Of a DNA stretch of 64,000 nucleotides, positions 24,201-29,736 are shown in pieces (positions within the stretch are counted from its first letter, which is position 1; each line of letters starts with the position of its first letter). Under the pieces are notes generated by a model. It was not told where the DNA came from and did no database searches. It saw only the letters and a program-made list of their open reading frames with translations. The DNA comes from a virus, in the IMG/VR virus record IMGVR_UViG_3300025886_000014, positions 1,076 to 65,075 of that record; one strand, 5' to 3'. Made by a program: the position numbers and the translations under genes.

Positions 24201-26367
24201 CGCCAATAAACCTTTCACCTTTTCTATACATATTTCCATAGAAATCAATAGAACCATCTTTGTGAAATGATATTAAATTACTATCTAAAGCACCTTTTAA
24301 AGAAATAAGACTACTTCCTGGAGTACCCACACTATCGTAAAGAACTGCGTGAACACCACCACCAATTGTTGCACTATCAAAACTATAATCAGATTTGAAA
24401 ACATTTTTCTGTAGAGTGGATGTTAGTTGAGAGTCATTTAATTCAAGCCCATAGAAATCGTGTGCGTATGAAGTGCCTCTTCCGGTTTGTGAACCATAAT
24501 TAAGTGTAAGTGACGCTGATTGTCCAGTAGGTTTATGGTAATCGCCACCAATTCTAAAACCTTCTGCAAATATATTTCCAGATTTTGTTAGTGTGAGGTG
24601 GTAGTAGGAAGAATCTGCTGTTGGGTCTGGACCTTTACCATTAACAGTTTCTTTGCCAAAATGAATACCGTCCAATGATCCCAAATGATCTTGCCATGTG
24701 CGATTTTGTGTTCTTATAAACCCATCATCATTTATAAGCCTACCTTGTCCCGGTTCAGAACTAAGAATACCATGAGGTGTAAGTTGAAGTGAATACATGC
24801 TATCAACAAAAATTTTATCAAAATATCCAAGATCATATACCGCTCTCAAACCTTCAAGTTCAGAAATCATTGCACTATCAGAAACAAACTGCCCAATACG
24901 CCCAGAGTCGTATAAAATTGAAGAACCACTAATACGCGCTATGTGTGCGCTATCAACACCACTTAATTTTCCACCAATATGCAATCCACCAGCGATTTCC
25001 ATAGGCAAACTAGATTTCCACAATCCAGGTGCTGGACTAACTTGCCCTTGAAAACCAGATGCATCTGCTTGATAAGTAAAACTTCCTCTACCGTGAATTG
25101 GTGAATTGTAACTTCTATTACTGAAAACGGTAATACCAGCACCATCAGCAGCAGCACTATCCATGGCTGAATCTGCTAAAATGATATTCTTATCATTTAC
25201 AGAAACTGTTGTTGAGTTAATAATAGTTTGAATACCATCAACTTGCAAATCACCTTTGATAATAACACGACCACTATTACTATCAATCGCAGAAGGATCA
25301 ATAACGATATCTGCTGGACCAGTGATCAATGGTTGATACGATGTTTCAATATGAGCATATGTAATTTTCGCAGAGTCGGACATGAGTTGTCCAACATAAG
25401 CACTATCAATATCTGCCCTAGAAATATATGCACTATCAATATCTACTTGACCTATATCCGCACTATCAATATCAGTATGATCAATAAGAGCGTATTTAAT
25501 GTATGCACTGTCAATCGTTACATCATTGATATATGCACTGTCAATATCAGCATATTTGATGTACGCACTGTCAATCGTTACATCATTGATATATGCACTG
25601 TCAATATCAGCATATTTGATGTACGCACTGTCAATTGATACATTATCAATATGCCCACTATCAATATCGGCATATTTAATATATGCTGAGTCAATTGATA
25701 CATTATCAATATGTCCACTATCAATATCGGCATATTTGATGTATGCACTGTCAATTGTTAGATTATCAACATGACCACTATCAACATCCATAAATTTGAT
25801 GTGAGCAGAATCGATAGAAACATTATCAATGTGTCCACTATCCATATCAAAATGACGTATATAAGCACTATCAACACGCAAGTTGTCAATATGGGAACTG
25901 TCAATGTCGGCAAATTGTATATAAGCAGAATCGCTACGAAGATCATGAATATAGGCACTGTCTGCCTCCAAAAATGTAATATGCGCGGAATCAGAAATAA
26001 GCCCTTTTATAACCGCACTGTCTGCATTGAAAAAACGAATATATGCACTGTCAACACTTAGATTATTAAAACTACCAGAATCGCCAACAAGACTTTGGAG
26101 TTTTAGATAATCTAATCCGCGACTGTCATCTAGTAATACTAATCTACCATCTTGTGCTATTCCTGGATTATCTGGAAAAAGTGATGTAAAATATTCACCA
26201 CCAATCGTAGCAATTCTGGATGCATCACCAGTGACATTTACTTCTGGCCCTATACCAATAAAAAGTTTTTTGGATGTTTCAGCATATGAATACGCTATTT
26301 CACCTACTTTAAGATTTGATGGGGCATCAACATTTGATGATCGTTTTATTCTTATAGTTGCTGGCAT
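9217..26367 (-). CDS. Giant 5716-aa tail fibre/adhesin
   Basis: N-terminus MPATIRIKRS..APSNLKVGEIAY is a typical phage fibre start. Contains YadA-head-like S/A-x-A-I-G repeats, GGYxN repeats and DSAY repeats. The C-terminal module TINLPVSANLGDEIRFIDGTGNANTNNITI resembles T4 gp34-type repeats. Late promoter upstream. Confidence 0.8.
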   Translation of the reverse strand: MPATIRIKRSSNVDAPSNLKVGEIAYSYAETSKKLFIGIGPEVNVTGDASRIATIGGEYFTSLFPDNPGIAQDGRLVLLDDSRGLDYLKLQSLVGDSGSFNNLSVDSAYIRFFNADSAVIKGLISDSAHITFLEADSAYIHDLRSDSAYIQFADIDSSHIDNLRVDSAYIRHFDMDSGHIDNVSIDSAHIKFMDVDSGHVDNLTIDSAYIKYADIDSGHIDNVSIDSAYIKYADIDSGHIDNVSIDSAYIKYADIDSAYINDVTIDSAYIKYADIDSAYINDVTIDSAYIKYALIDHTDIDSADIGQVDIDSAYISRADIDSAYVGQLMSDSAKITYAHIETSYQPLITGPADIVIDPSAIDSNSGRVIIKGDLQVDGIQTIINSTTVSVNDKNIILADSAMDSAAADGAGITVFSNRSYNSPIHGRGSFTYQADASGFQGQVSPAPGLWKSSLPMEIAGGLHIGGKLSGVDSAHIARISGSSILYDSGRIGQFVSDSAMISELEGLRAVYDLGYFDKIFVDSMYSLQLTPHGILSSEPGQGRLINDDGFIRTQNRTWQDHLGSLDGIHFGKETVNGKGPDPTADSSYYHLTLTKSGNIFAEGFRIGGDYHKPTGQSASLTLNYGSQTGRGTSYAHDFYGLELNDSQLTSTLQKNVFKSDYSFDSATIGGGVHAVLYDSVGTPGSSLISLKGALDSNLISFHKDGSIDFYGNMYRKGERFIGGGIFEKQFSPYDINDVFYLPTIREPGVTDVFQIGARIGIGTNRPAHAFDFRTDTTLIGNLFQVSGRLNTSAQYYALNTVGAGSPSINDQYQIVVDLDSDKSRMMFDPAKARFRAGYFVTGTIKNTEMGTYSTAFGKNTIAKGTASYAQGDSSETYADGSFVSGTKSIINAGATTSIAIGKENIVSANALTSIAFGEGNQITSSQGIAIGKANTGVGDKSISIGDTQVTSGTGAVAIGIGNQITGSASIAIGGTSAAGNTVSATNSVALGFSHNIAGSYNFAFGEGITFPSTAQGSFAFGKNVNVGGDRSIGINLGTGQAGTVGEFIPLSNTHDNFMSIQGGNVTIGSDSDLTRMAVPVSSGVGNLYVTGDLIYSGENLKLLPDGTLLQNSPWSDNGLQITYTNGNKPIGMHVAVPNVPVEAEGNRGFIFRGNYSGSYTSKIGQGEPFFDSADTTKALSSFSNVSSNVSLMAYYPLGDVFRVGQINANADHRNDTIGAHSIGMGYFNRVDGDYGVVLGGDQSRVDGNYSVAIGGRYLKADGQYATNIGGYTNSTSNRTNVTGNYSSNFGGSYALTVGGTYNTNVGGYQNNMLGNYNIIAGGYINETTADAEWGAIVGGQHNDLAGDIGVIIGGYNNDITSASTTSGIFSSYSSAISGDYNAIIGGVSNSLSGSYGVIVGGQSVTISSGASTTGNASLGGYNINISGENNVSVGGYSNTLTGGRWNTTVGGRGLQITANANYSINLGGYNNDIDASYSANIAGQNTDIGTNANYSVNVGGYNTHIDAEYSVNIGGYNTDIGDASGNLSTSYSINIGGYDNKIGSSARTVANSVVIGGASGNPNEMRSTNSYFIGEGNKDSATAHSTYQIYSGGPLVYGVGSLGTQSKNYWIGFNNTVAGGSTGYINVTPATNVSENFIFGQGNTIHTTNGKGNFIIGRDVTLTGNQENQIILNNPDSALDTYLDNTKVAIGKHTAEYALDIRGTLRIGGSKVNGVNQVGGDSYIASILINDQDIRDYVAGVDPSNKQIEIEQPAVALPTATVVSIEQSNPGIVIIRNTNGILTDGKTVEFNLPSLTNIGQFLNDSIFAIKNVVGGIGDSFELYDGATFADVSTRVGVNTSKGTTRNKGAVGNITLGTGTPNVGTAYDSSQFDSAGTAANGVPTAEIVFGQYLSLKALPIVTGGAGTIAPKRFKSSVIIDSDLIVQGTVTLNDSVGIGKDLVVGGNLDVSTGYLKTGGYLDVNTHGKFGDSVTIGTSLDVGTTAVIGDSVQISGDLTVAGAVTLSGGIKTATTFKSTDSMQIGGRLSGVTNLDMAGGIKTATTFKSTDSMQIGGRLSGVTNLDMAGSLETVTTYKGTDSMQIGGRLSGVTNLDMAGSLETVTTYKGTDSMQIGGRLSGVTNLEMAGALETVTTYKGTDSMQIGGRLSGVTNLDMAGAIQTATTFKSTDSMTIGGRLSGVTNLDMAGAIQTVTTFKSTDSMTIGGDLTVAGAVSGVTSLTASGPITFADSIRIGGSVRWLDNSVDDSFYIGNLSFDSYVLRPNSKILSSVVSYFDTDYVQQRVDSFNSWVIYPDALVYNPNDGHKTVAIGLTNNQTWTGWNPDINGGGNAAYASNLSKTGTTIDDATDDSNLTLASYNTRHTSFSSGVGDSIGLDVQGRINIRTTDKEGDDYLSNPPIVFSGDGGSQTAWPNKSWLRQTGYIDQPYIRSKIDADFLQETFTANPSASAASKAFFRSLLDSAYIISIWDSDYYWKHDSFNAVYIGAPGQLYDGTHASGLYYDGSIKVAINKRGDSATHNLDLRGNARFEKNLLVEDSVTIAGSLSGVTSLDASGPVTFADSMQIGGSLSGVTRLTTSDSAFIGGNLHVESDLTIGGGLTTIGFFNIDSFVNIGGAVKIGSFNGRDSGDGLGVYDASQIKGKNGLYVGDSTHLRGGLKVLGHDNVLEEAYVFTIDSNYVQETQTVSLNNTQIQNAFGPNDADSHIVLSFTDSVNFDFLRITRTTSGGATVLLNRYIDYDSLGNRTLFDSSQYGYGGPSHNLMTNTNRLKNVYIKEPSVLNSDTQLHGAELIPQNDSNSKPSIIIGDRIIAVGGTSIPRVSNIIDNAGNSLAINAGLSLFGVVDPIVKLTDSIGTVKGQLLKDRDFTIVDSFEIRVFSDLNVVPGLFPSAYGVTDSASMILGDKITIQDRTPTLTSRTEIVGPTNLFGHVTLGSEAMAHAAYPGYPHTGSRLTTHDSFVVKGGMHFESSGDPVNRKRIQFDADVHVDSGKTWFFGPKKTVTHVVPRSLIDATKDAYGHYQNINPETTFDSHLIVGMDSHIVKNVTATTDPIGLNAVTFTVNNLAIRPGNDFLFGPLRTKQELKQDSDGIGGLLGKVESDGSYNGTITGNQRYVDVQYQVTLDSHVVDILQNPPLPVLNFLKPVTFSKPVVMQDSLSVKFVDADSASIDQLISDSAYIKYARIDSSYISQLIVDSSTIGHLIVTDSATIKQFTSDSARISQLDADSAYIKILKADQILDTYISQLLVDSANIGQLDVDSAYIKQLKWDVVDSAYIKYAQIDDAYVSQLLVDSARISQLDVDSAYIKTAKIDSSYQTLIRGPSEITIDPLDVGTNTGKIHVKGSFELTNGDFTLDSMSRMFVGEPVDFYKYESDGSGNRTTFPENVLNPNHENHKYQRFQHFFDRSSNHFQTFDNTKVDAGNVVFKYESDGSPVLGGKSFTTPTGNLHHILVDSFDVVNTDKSLNIFRKTHRLDLDSHIGRIVDSDYIGIRLQTPWKIENVSLGVQKKIFYDDEGAVIIGPKTLLTGDLATRFVVDSGNVMFLSNNFQSGISTGAGGAGIADNDVSTVIRGNVPNKGAEARFMWIPQRGALRIGALDGFGASNYWEDSEVGYQSIAIGNNTKASHFSTALGFDVKVGEVKKSATTASKNNNNSVALGQGIDMPQRNSVAMGIGIIARPTNNTSGTPVPNNPFIYNKEQIVSLGSKINSAGAFNTSLGNRITIGYNVGIANDQSSFPLMNPSTANNVTAIGRDLLAYRTSDRSLMIGANSVVKKEDTTSIGNNNQLDKQYTIAIGNDNLLQKEDALAVGQNIIMRSSAKGAVGVGKEVTVHGKNAVAMGRNVHVTSGTGAVAIGADGKATGTGGVFVGSQGTASSKSVAVGSSVFAGSNGVAIGKNVRSHGSQGSIALGYNAYSGSGGFAIGNNVVGKTGAVMVGQGNSGANYSTIFGLNSTSKTGGVAIGSYVQNTGNYAVAMGRSVQAAGATAAMGIYVKTLGARSVAIGGGTSALPNVARQDAVSIGYSNDAGSKSVVIGKNNTMGAGTSSIPGITVGTDNTNNSKANIYGSNNSGNSYVSVYGSGQSGASTSSTNTPSTAMVYGIGNTITANGGLAFGKQNVVELNGLAFGSSNDVQKEGLAFGYDNEVNLGSGNSNTTHSIAFGRGNTSDTEAIALGRNNIATHGAIAIGNTVTATGAAGNQGGIGLGRNITVYGQNALGLGTNITVGGAVNSAANSVGIGLGTTATTVSTDNTLSIQGGQVVIEQDEINIVPATAIQYKSAAAYGSYGDGGTDITCEKVNENGRAGTKYALEVNGPINVNGTDAAGNEHDFYMQGMRLYNYIRYVAADSAWILTAADQEYVEGIINKEYLRTTCTNDTFFQKSPSGGASHLVYKGANDFEFVGINLDNSTATLTPGYLRYGPDSNGVYKTNVNYTLDVNGNVNLEGLTYQGDVILPTGGLDSNIYLNHYTNVINYQITPDSATEFFDSAYVAERYSFGANPSGADSSAIIEMIDEDYINDLVRTAWPDSAYINDKLDSVVGGDIIAFRVKHILSAKYGDLTTLEKALGRGEAQFTNPTGFEATHGTKVGIGKISYSHWDSNPSRVGVQTQLRTSGVTGVTAGQEAIETLGPTIGNLTTGTGLAVGGKVVIHGTQEPITGAAEQPALEIFNGHIEVNGEKLVLETPWDEGASYTTYKSPSKFIGVGKLSPSFTFDVNGKINADSGFFIDGTNISEIYDSDWVKTTVTEDYVKTELNIDSAYIMSTHKAVGDIIPALDTIYDLGSPTERFRDIYLSGNSISLGEVIISSNASGLELSDSAGNLLKFGGIDSDAISHFIDSSYVQLRADSNWIFSAVTQEYVRSKADSNYIKSFIDSAYVFSITDGKYDSALFLSAADSDYVKTVASSGYVLGIADSNYVKTVASSGYVLGIADSNYVKTFINSAYVLGIADSNYLKVNIDSSYIKGIITPAYVKTSNNIDSAFIKGIADSNHIQSAADSNYLKTHIDSSYVKGIADSSYVKGFMDSAYVFNITDTKYDSAFILSAADSAYVTTVIDAKLAATGHILPELDSAFDLGSPTKKFKDLYLSGSTINIGNTRITAAPAGLKVTDNAGNSAKVLGIDSDAILGFVDSAYVDLRVPFNKVTIPHILGIADSSHIKTHADSNYVKTFIDSEYVKGIADSGYIQGFISTPYIRGIIDSAHINPITGIGTRDVDFGGNTIYYNNTFAFTNQLPSATTYKGMVVYDNQAQLPKIAVGADWHELARTSDIRSIADSAAAALVASAPAALDTLNELAAAIGDDANFSTTLTNSIAAKLPLSGGTMTGAIDMGSNNITTTGKMLYSNVYSVEGDLPSASTYHGMFAHVHGTGKGYFAHAGNWVKLANFDDISSTVDSAYVQARQTSGGGGSVDSASIIALVDSAYVQARQTSGGGSGSFTSTITSYYYTATSNQTVFTGSDQNSNTLNYSVNSVTVFLNGINLLKGVDYNTTSSSTITLINAANSGDEIVINALSQIGASTSTINSAVSSVVDSAYVAARVTAGTDSASIINMIDSAYVAARSSSSGGGLTISDNPPASPSVGSMWFDPEVLETYVYYTDSDNTSQWVKSNPTGIGISSVTTLVDSAYVAARTTAGAANWTEITSTPITATANQRLIIDTSTAKTINLPVSANLGDEIRFIDGTGNANTNNITINRNGHKIEASDSDLTIDVDRAAFGLVYYNVANGWLFTEK
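10110..10240 (-). repeat. Duplicated segment encoding VDSAYVQARQTSGGG
   Basis: ccaccgccagaagtttgtcttgcttgaacataagcactatcta occurs twice, about 80 nt apart. Confidence 0.8.
11594..11714 (-). repeat. 54-nt coding tandem repeat (ADSNYVKTVASSGYVLGI)
   Basis: gtttttacataat recurs at 11594, 11648 and 11702 with near-identical intervening sequence. Confidence 0.85.
19760..20360 (-). repeat. 90-nt (30-aa) coding tandem repeat, about 7 units (G.I/L.T.TT.K.TDSM.IGGRLSGVTNLDMA)
   Basis: Units are visible in the translation. DNA blocks ending cttaaacg(t/c)c recur with 90-nt period at about 19821, 19911, 20001, 20091, 20181 and 20271. Confidence 0.9.
25380..26110 (-). repeat. 30/60-nt coding tandem repeats (IDSAYIKYAD / IDSGHIDNVS)
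   Basis: 10-aa period in the translation. The 60-nt blocks at 25501-25560 and 25561-25620 are nearly identical. Confidence 0.85.
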
Positions 26368-26399
26368 AAAATCTGAACCTTAATTTACACTTCTTTTTG

Positions 26400-26407
26400 T
26401 ATTTATA
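26400..26407 (-). promoter_or_regulatory. T4-type late promoter TATAAATA upstream of the giant fibre gene
   Basis: TATTTATA on + at 26400-26407, about 33 nt upstream of the ATG at 26367. Confidence 0.75.
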
Positions 26408-26419
26408 TAATTATACAGA

Positions 26420-26656
26420 TCAAAACCCCTCGCCAGCATCAATAGTTTGTTTATCAAATAATAGTTGTGGTTGAAATTGTGCGCTTGTCGCATTAAAAAC
26501 TAACACATCTCCATTCACTGCACCATTACCTGCAACATTTGCAAGTTGCCCAATATCTGAAACTACTTCAATTTGAGCGATTTGTGGAACAGGAGTACCC
26601 AAGGTAATTTTTTTAATAACCGTATTTGTAGAAATAACCTTTACAGTATCAGTCAT
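26420..26656 (-). CDS. Small fibre-associated hypothetical protein (78 aa)
   Basis: ORF track. Contains a LANV..NG..NGDVLVFN..AQFQP fibre-type motif. GGAG SD upstream. Confidence 0.6.
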   Translation of the reverse strand: MTDTVKVISTNTVIKKITLGTPVPQIAQIEVVSDIGQLANVAGNGAVNGDVLVFNATSAQFQPQLLFDKQTIDAGEGF

Positions 26657-26823
26657 GATGATCTCCTAATTAATTCTTTTTTAGTAATAATTGACGGTAG
26701 ATATATAGAACCATAATGCTGAACTGTAAGTTCAACCTTACTATGTTTTGAAACTACTTTATCTATGAAAATCTTTTTTTGTATAGTGTTTGAAGAGACA
26801 ACTTTTATATTCTTGGTAATCAT
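26653..26823 (-). CDS. Small hypothetical protein (56 aa; absent from the ORF track)
   Basis: Manual translation MITKNIKVVSSNTIQKKIFIDKVVSKHSKVELTVQHYGSIYLPSIITKKELIRRSS*. It fills the gap exactly, and its TGA overlaps the next ATG (ATGA). Confidence 0.55.
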   Translation of the reverse strand: MITKNIKVVSSNTIQKKIFIDKVVSKHSKVELTVQHYGSIYLPSIITKKELIRRSS

Positions 26824-26826
26824 AAT

Positions 26827-27213
26827 TTAATTAACGCTTGGTGATACAGTGAGTGTCCCTTGAAGTATTCTTTCAATTATTGTTGTGTTGGTAGCAGAAT
26901 CTTGATAACTCAACTCAACATCATAAACATATCTTCCTGCTTTCATTGTATCTGTTATAGTATTTGCAAGAGATAGTTGTAAAACATTTGGATTATCAAG
27001 ATCAAGAAATGAAGTTTCAAACGATATCGCAGAAGAGTCGCTTGTTGAATACGATTTCTTTATTTTTCCAGTTGCAGCATACGGTGTAATAGTTCCACCA
27101 CTGTTTGCATCAAGTTTCTTAAATATTTTTTTACTACCATCAGTTTCAAAACATTCAAGTCTAAGTGTTATATCACTTCCTTGATCAACCATAATATCTT
27201 CAGATTGTGCCAT
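26827..27213 (-). CDS. Small Ig-like virion protein (BppU-like, common in marine T4-like phages)
   Basis: Motifs DQGSD..L..., T..MKAGRYVYDVEL, RILQGTLTVSPSV. Confidence 0.6.
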   Translation of the reverse strand: MAQSEDIMVDQGSDITLRLECFETDGSKKIFKKLDANSGGTITPYAATGKIKKSYSTSDSSAISFETSFLDLDNPNVLQLSLANTITDTMKAGRYVYDVELSYQDSATNTTIIERILQGTLTVSPSVN

Positions 27214-27231
27214 TTTTTTTCTCCAGTATTT

Positions 27232-28518
27232 CTATCCAGCAAATCTTGCTTTTGTTCTATCGTATGTAATTCCAGAAGTATATCTAGTAGCATTAGCATC
27301 AAAAAACATAATTCTCACAAATCCAGGGCCACCTTGATTAGTACTAGGTGCTACGCTTTGACCACTAGTTCCTTTTGATCCAGTTCCACCAAACCCATAT
27401 CCACCACCATTTGACTGTCTAGTGAAAAGATCATTAAAACCCTTCCCTCTTGATCCAATTCCACCACCATGTGTTGTGGTCACTTCTAATATCCAATCTG
27501 CTTGTGATACACGCCATCCAAGACCCTCTCCCCTAATATCATGAGAAATGCCTTCAGTGGTAGGAGAACCTGATGTTTGATATCCGGGCGCACCACCACC
27601 GCCAAAAATAGATGAACTATAATTAAAACTAGGACTAGTAGTTAATGTTGAGCCATTATTAACTAAACATGCTGATAAATATGAAGTTCCTCCCCAACCA
27701 CCAGCATAATGTAATTCTAATTTTGAGTTGTCATATATGGTAACTTTATTTCCAGTTCCAGGACCAAATGCATATCCAGATAAAGAATAACCTTGAGTTT
27801 CTATACTTCTAGTTCCACTATCAAATGTAGATACTCTATGAGTATTAGTGGATTTTGCAGCCCCACCTACTGTAAGTACATTGCTTCCATTTTTATAAAC
27901 GTAAGAATTTCCACCATCACTTGCATTACCACTAACTCCTTGAAATCCCCATTCACCACTATTTGATGATCCACCAAGTGCTTTACCGCCATTTCCAACT
28001 CTAATTGTAATTACATCGCCCTCAGTTACAGGAATTGGATGTGTTTGTGCATAATCGCCACCATTTCCACCAGCGGGTGCGTTAATGAATGAAGATGAAA
28101 TTCCACCACGACCAGACCAAGCCCAAGGTCCAATATAACCAGAAGCACCAGCACCTTGTATAAAAATTTTCATATGTGTAAATCCACAATGCTGTGGAAT
28201 TGTATATGTGTAATCAGATGTTGTTGTTTGTGTTGATGATGCGACAGTATATACAGCATCAAAATATGGTTTTATCATAAAATCACTTAAAGATATTTTG
28301 CCTGAAGATGGAACACCAGTACTATTAGATATTCCAGAGTTTATAATTAAATTCCCATCAGATTCTGCGACTAAACTACCACCTTTATAAAATTCCGATA
28401 AAGATACTGATCCAGCATCGCTAAATTGATTCTTGATATCAGAAAAACTAAATGAACTATCACCATCTAAGTGAGGATAATTGCTATGTAAACTTGTAGG
28501 TTTAAATGTTGTTGGCAT
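27232..28518 (-). CDS. Glycine-rich receptor-binding adhesin-like protein
   Basis: N-terminal SLSEFYKGG...GVPSSGKISLSDF, followed by many GGxG glycine-rich stretches. Lies directly downstream of a chaperone-bearing fibre, resembling the gp37-gp38 arrangement. Confidence 0.55.
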   Translation of the reverse strand: MPTTFKPTSLHSNYPHLDGDSSFSFSDIKNQFSDAGSVSLSEFYKGGSLVAESDGNLIINSGISNSTGVPSSGKISLSDFMIKPYFDAVYTVASSTQTTTSDYTYTIPQHCGFTHMKIFIQGAGASGYIGPWAWSGRGGISSSFINAPAGGNGGDYAQTHPIPVTEGDVITIRVGNGGKALGGSSNSGEWGFQGVSGNASDGGNSYVYKNGSNVLTVGGAAKSTNTHRVSTFDSGTRSIETQGYSLSGYAFGPGTGNKVTIYDNSKLELHYAGGWGGTSYLSACLVNNGSTLTTSPSFNYSSSIFGGGGAPGYQTSGSPTTEGISHDIRGEGLGWRVSQADWILEVTTTHGGGIGSRGKGFNDLFTRQSNGGGYGFGGTGSKGTSGQSVAPSTNQGGPGFVRIMFFDANATRYTSGITYDRTKARFAG

Positions 28519-29725
28519 TAGACTCTATCTTTTCCCTAAGATATTCAACATCTACTCTTAACTCATTTATTGCCTCTACAATAAGACCCATCATATTGCC
28601 ATAACGAATTGCTTTATTTTCACCATCAAATTCATAAACAACTTCTGGAAGAACTTCAGAAACTTCATCTGCCATAAGACCAGACATTTTTTCTTCTCTA
28701 CCTTTATAGTTAAATGTATATCCAGCCAATGTACCAACTTTATCAAGAGCATTATCAATACGTTCAATATTTTCTTTCAATTTCCTATCAGATGCACTAT
28801 TAAACGCTGTAATATCAGCATTTGATGTAATCGCACCATCAGCATGTAATGTTGATGAGAGAGATAACGAATGACCATTATCTAGTACATCAGACCTAAG
28901 ATATTTTGGATCAGTTATAGTATTAAGTATCAAAGAAGAGTCAACCCCAGCAGATGATCTTGCCAATACATACGCAGAATCAACTTGAGTTGATAGATTT
29001 GTTTCATCAATTAATTTGTGCCACGCCCCCCCATGAGAAAAATATCCCTTACCAGTTCCATGCACATGAGCAAACATACCATGATAAGTTGCTGCTGAAG
29101 GAAGATCGCCTTCTGTAGAATACATATTTGCATAAAGAGATTTGCCAGTTGTGATAATATTATTACTTCCCATATTAAGGTCAGCACTCGTAATATCACT
29201 TGTTCTTGCCGCTATATAATCACTATCAACATGGGTAGTTACTCTTGCGTTTGTATAATATAGGTTTGTTGAACCTTCAGTAATTTCATCAGTATTATCT
29301 TTTGTCAGAATACTTGCGTCTACATACGCTTTTACTGATTGCTGAGATGGTACGTGAATGGCACTGTTTGATGCCATCCCATCTTCATCAAGTAAATCGC
29401 TTGTTTTAAGACCATCATTAATACCATAACCTGCTAATGTAGTTGGTTTAAGTGTGATGTTTGAAAATGCTACAGTAGTAGGTTTTGTTAGAGTATTTAG
29501 AGTAGAACTATTTATTTTAGTGTAAATATAATTGGAATCTACAAGTGCTTGAACTCCGCTACTTGTCAAAGCCCCAGTATTATTGTAATGCTGTTCTAAG
29601 TTTGCCAAGGTAACTTTTGCGGTAGCATAACCACCAGATAAATTGGTTCCTGTTACTACCAAAAAATTTAGATTACTATCTAAATCACTACTTGTGGCAG
29701 TTGGTAAATCTACTATTTTGACCAT
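28502..29725 (-). CDS. Tail fibre with C-terminal intramolecular chaperone (peptidase S74-like)
   Basis: C-terminal SDRKLKENIERIDNALDKV..L.GYTFNYK...GLMADEV.EVLPEVV...IRYG.MMGLIVEAINEL. Confidence 0.8.
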   Translation of the reverse strand: MVKIVDLPTATSSDLDSNLNFLVVTGTNLSGGYATAKVTLANLEQHYNNTGALTSSGVQALVDSNYIYTKINSSTLNTLTKPTTVAFSNITLKPTTLAGYGINDGLKTSDLLDEDGMASNSAIHVPSQQSVKAYVDASILTKDNTDEITEGSTNLYYTNARVTTHVDSDYIAARTSDITSADLNMGSNNIITTGKSLYANMYSTEGDLPSAATYHGMFAHVHGTGKGYFSHGGAWHKLIDETNLSTQVDSAYVLARSSAGVDSSLILNTITDPKYLRSDVLDNGHSLSLSSTLHADGAITSNADITAFNSASDRKLKENIERIDNALDKVGTLAGYTFNYKGREEKMSGLMADEVSEVLPEVVYEFDGENKAIRYGNMMGLIVEAINELRVDVEYLREKIESNANNI

Positions 29726-29736
29726 CGTTTATCTTT

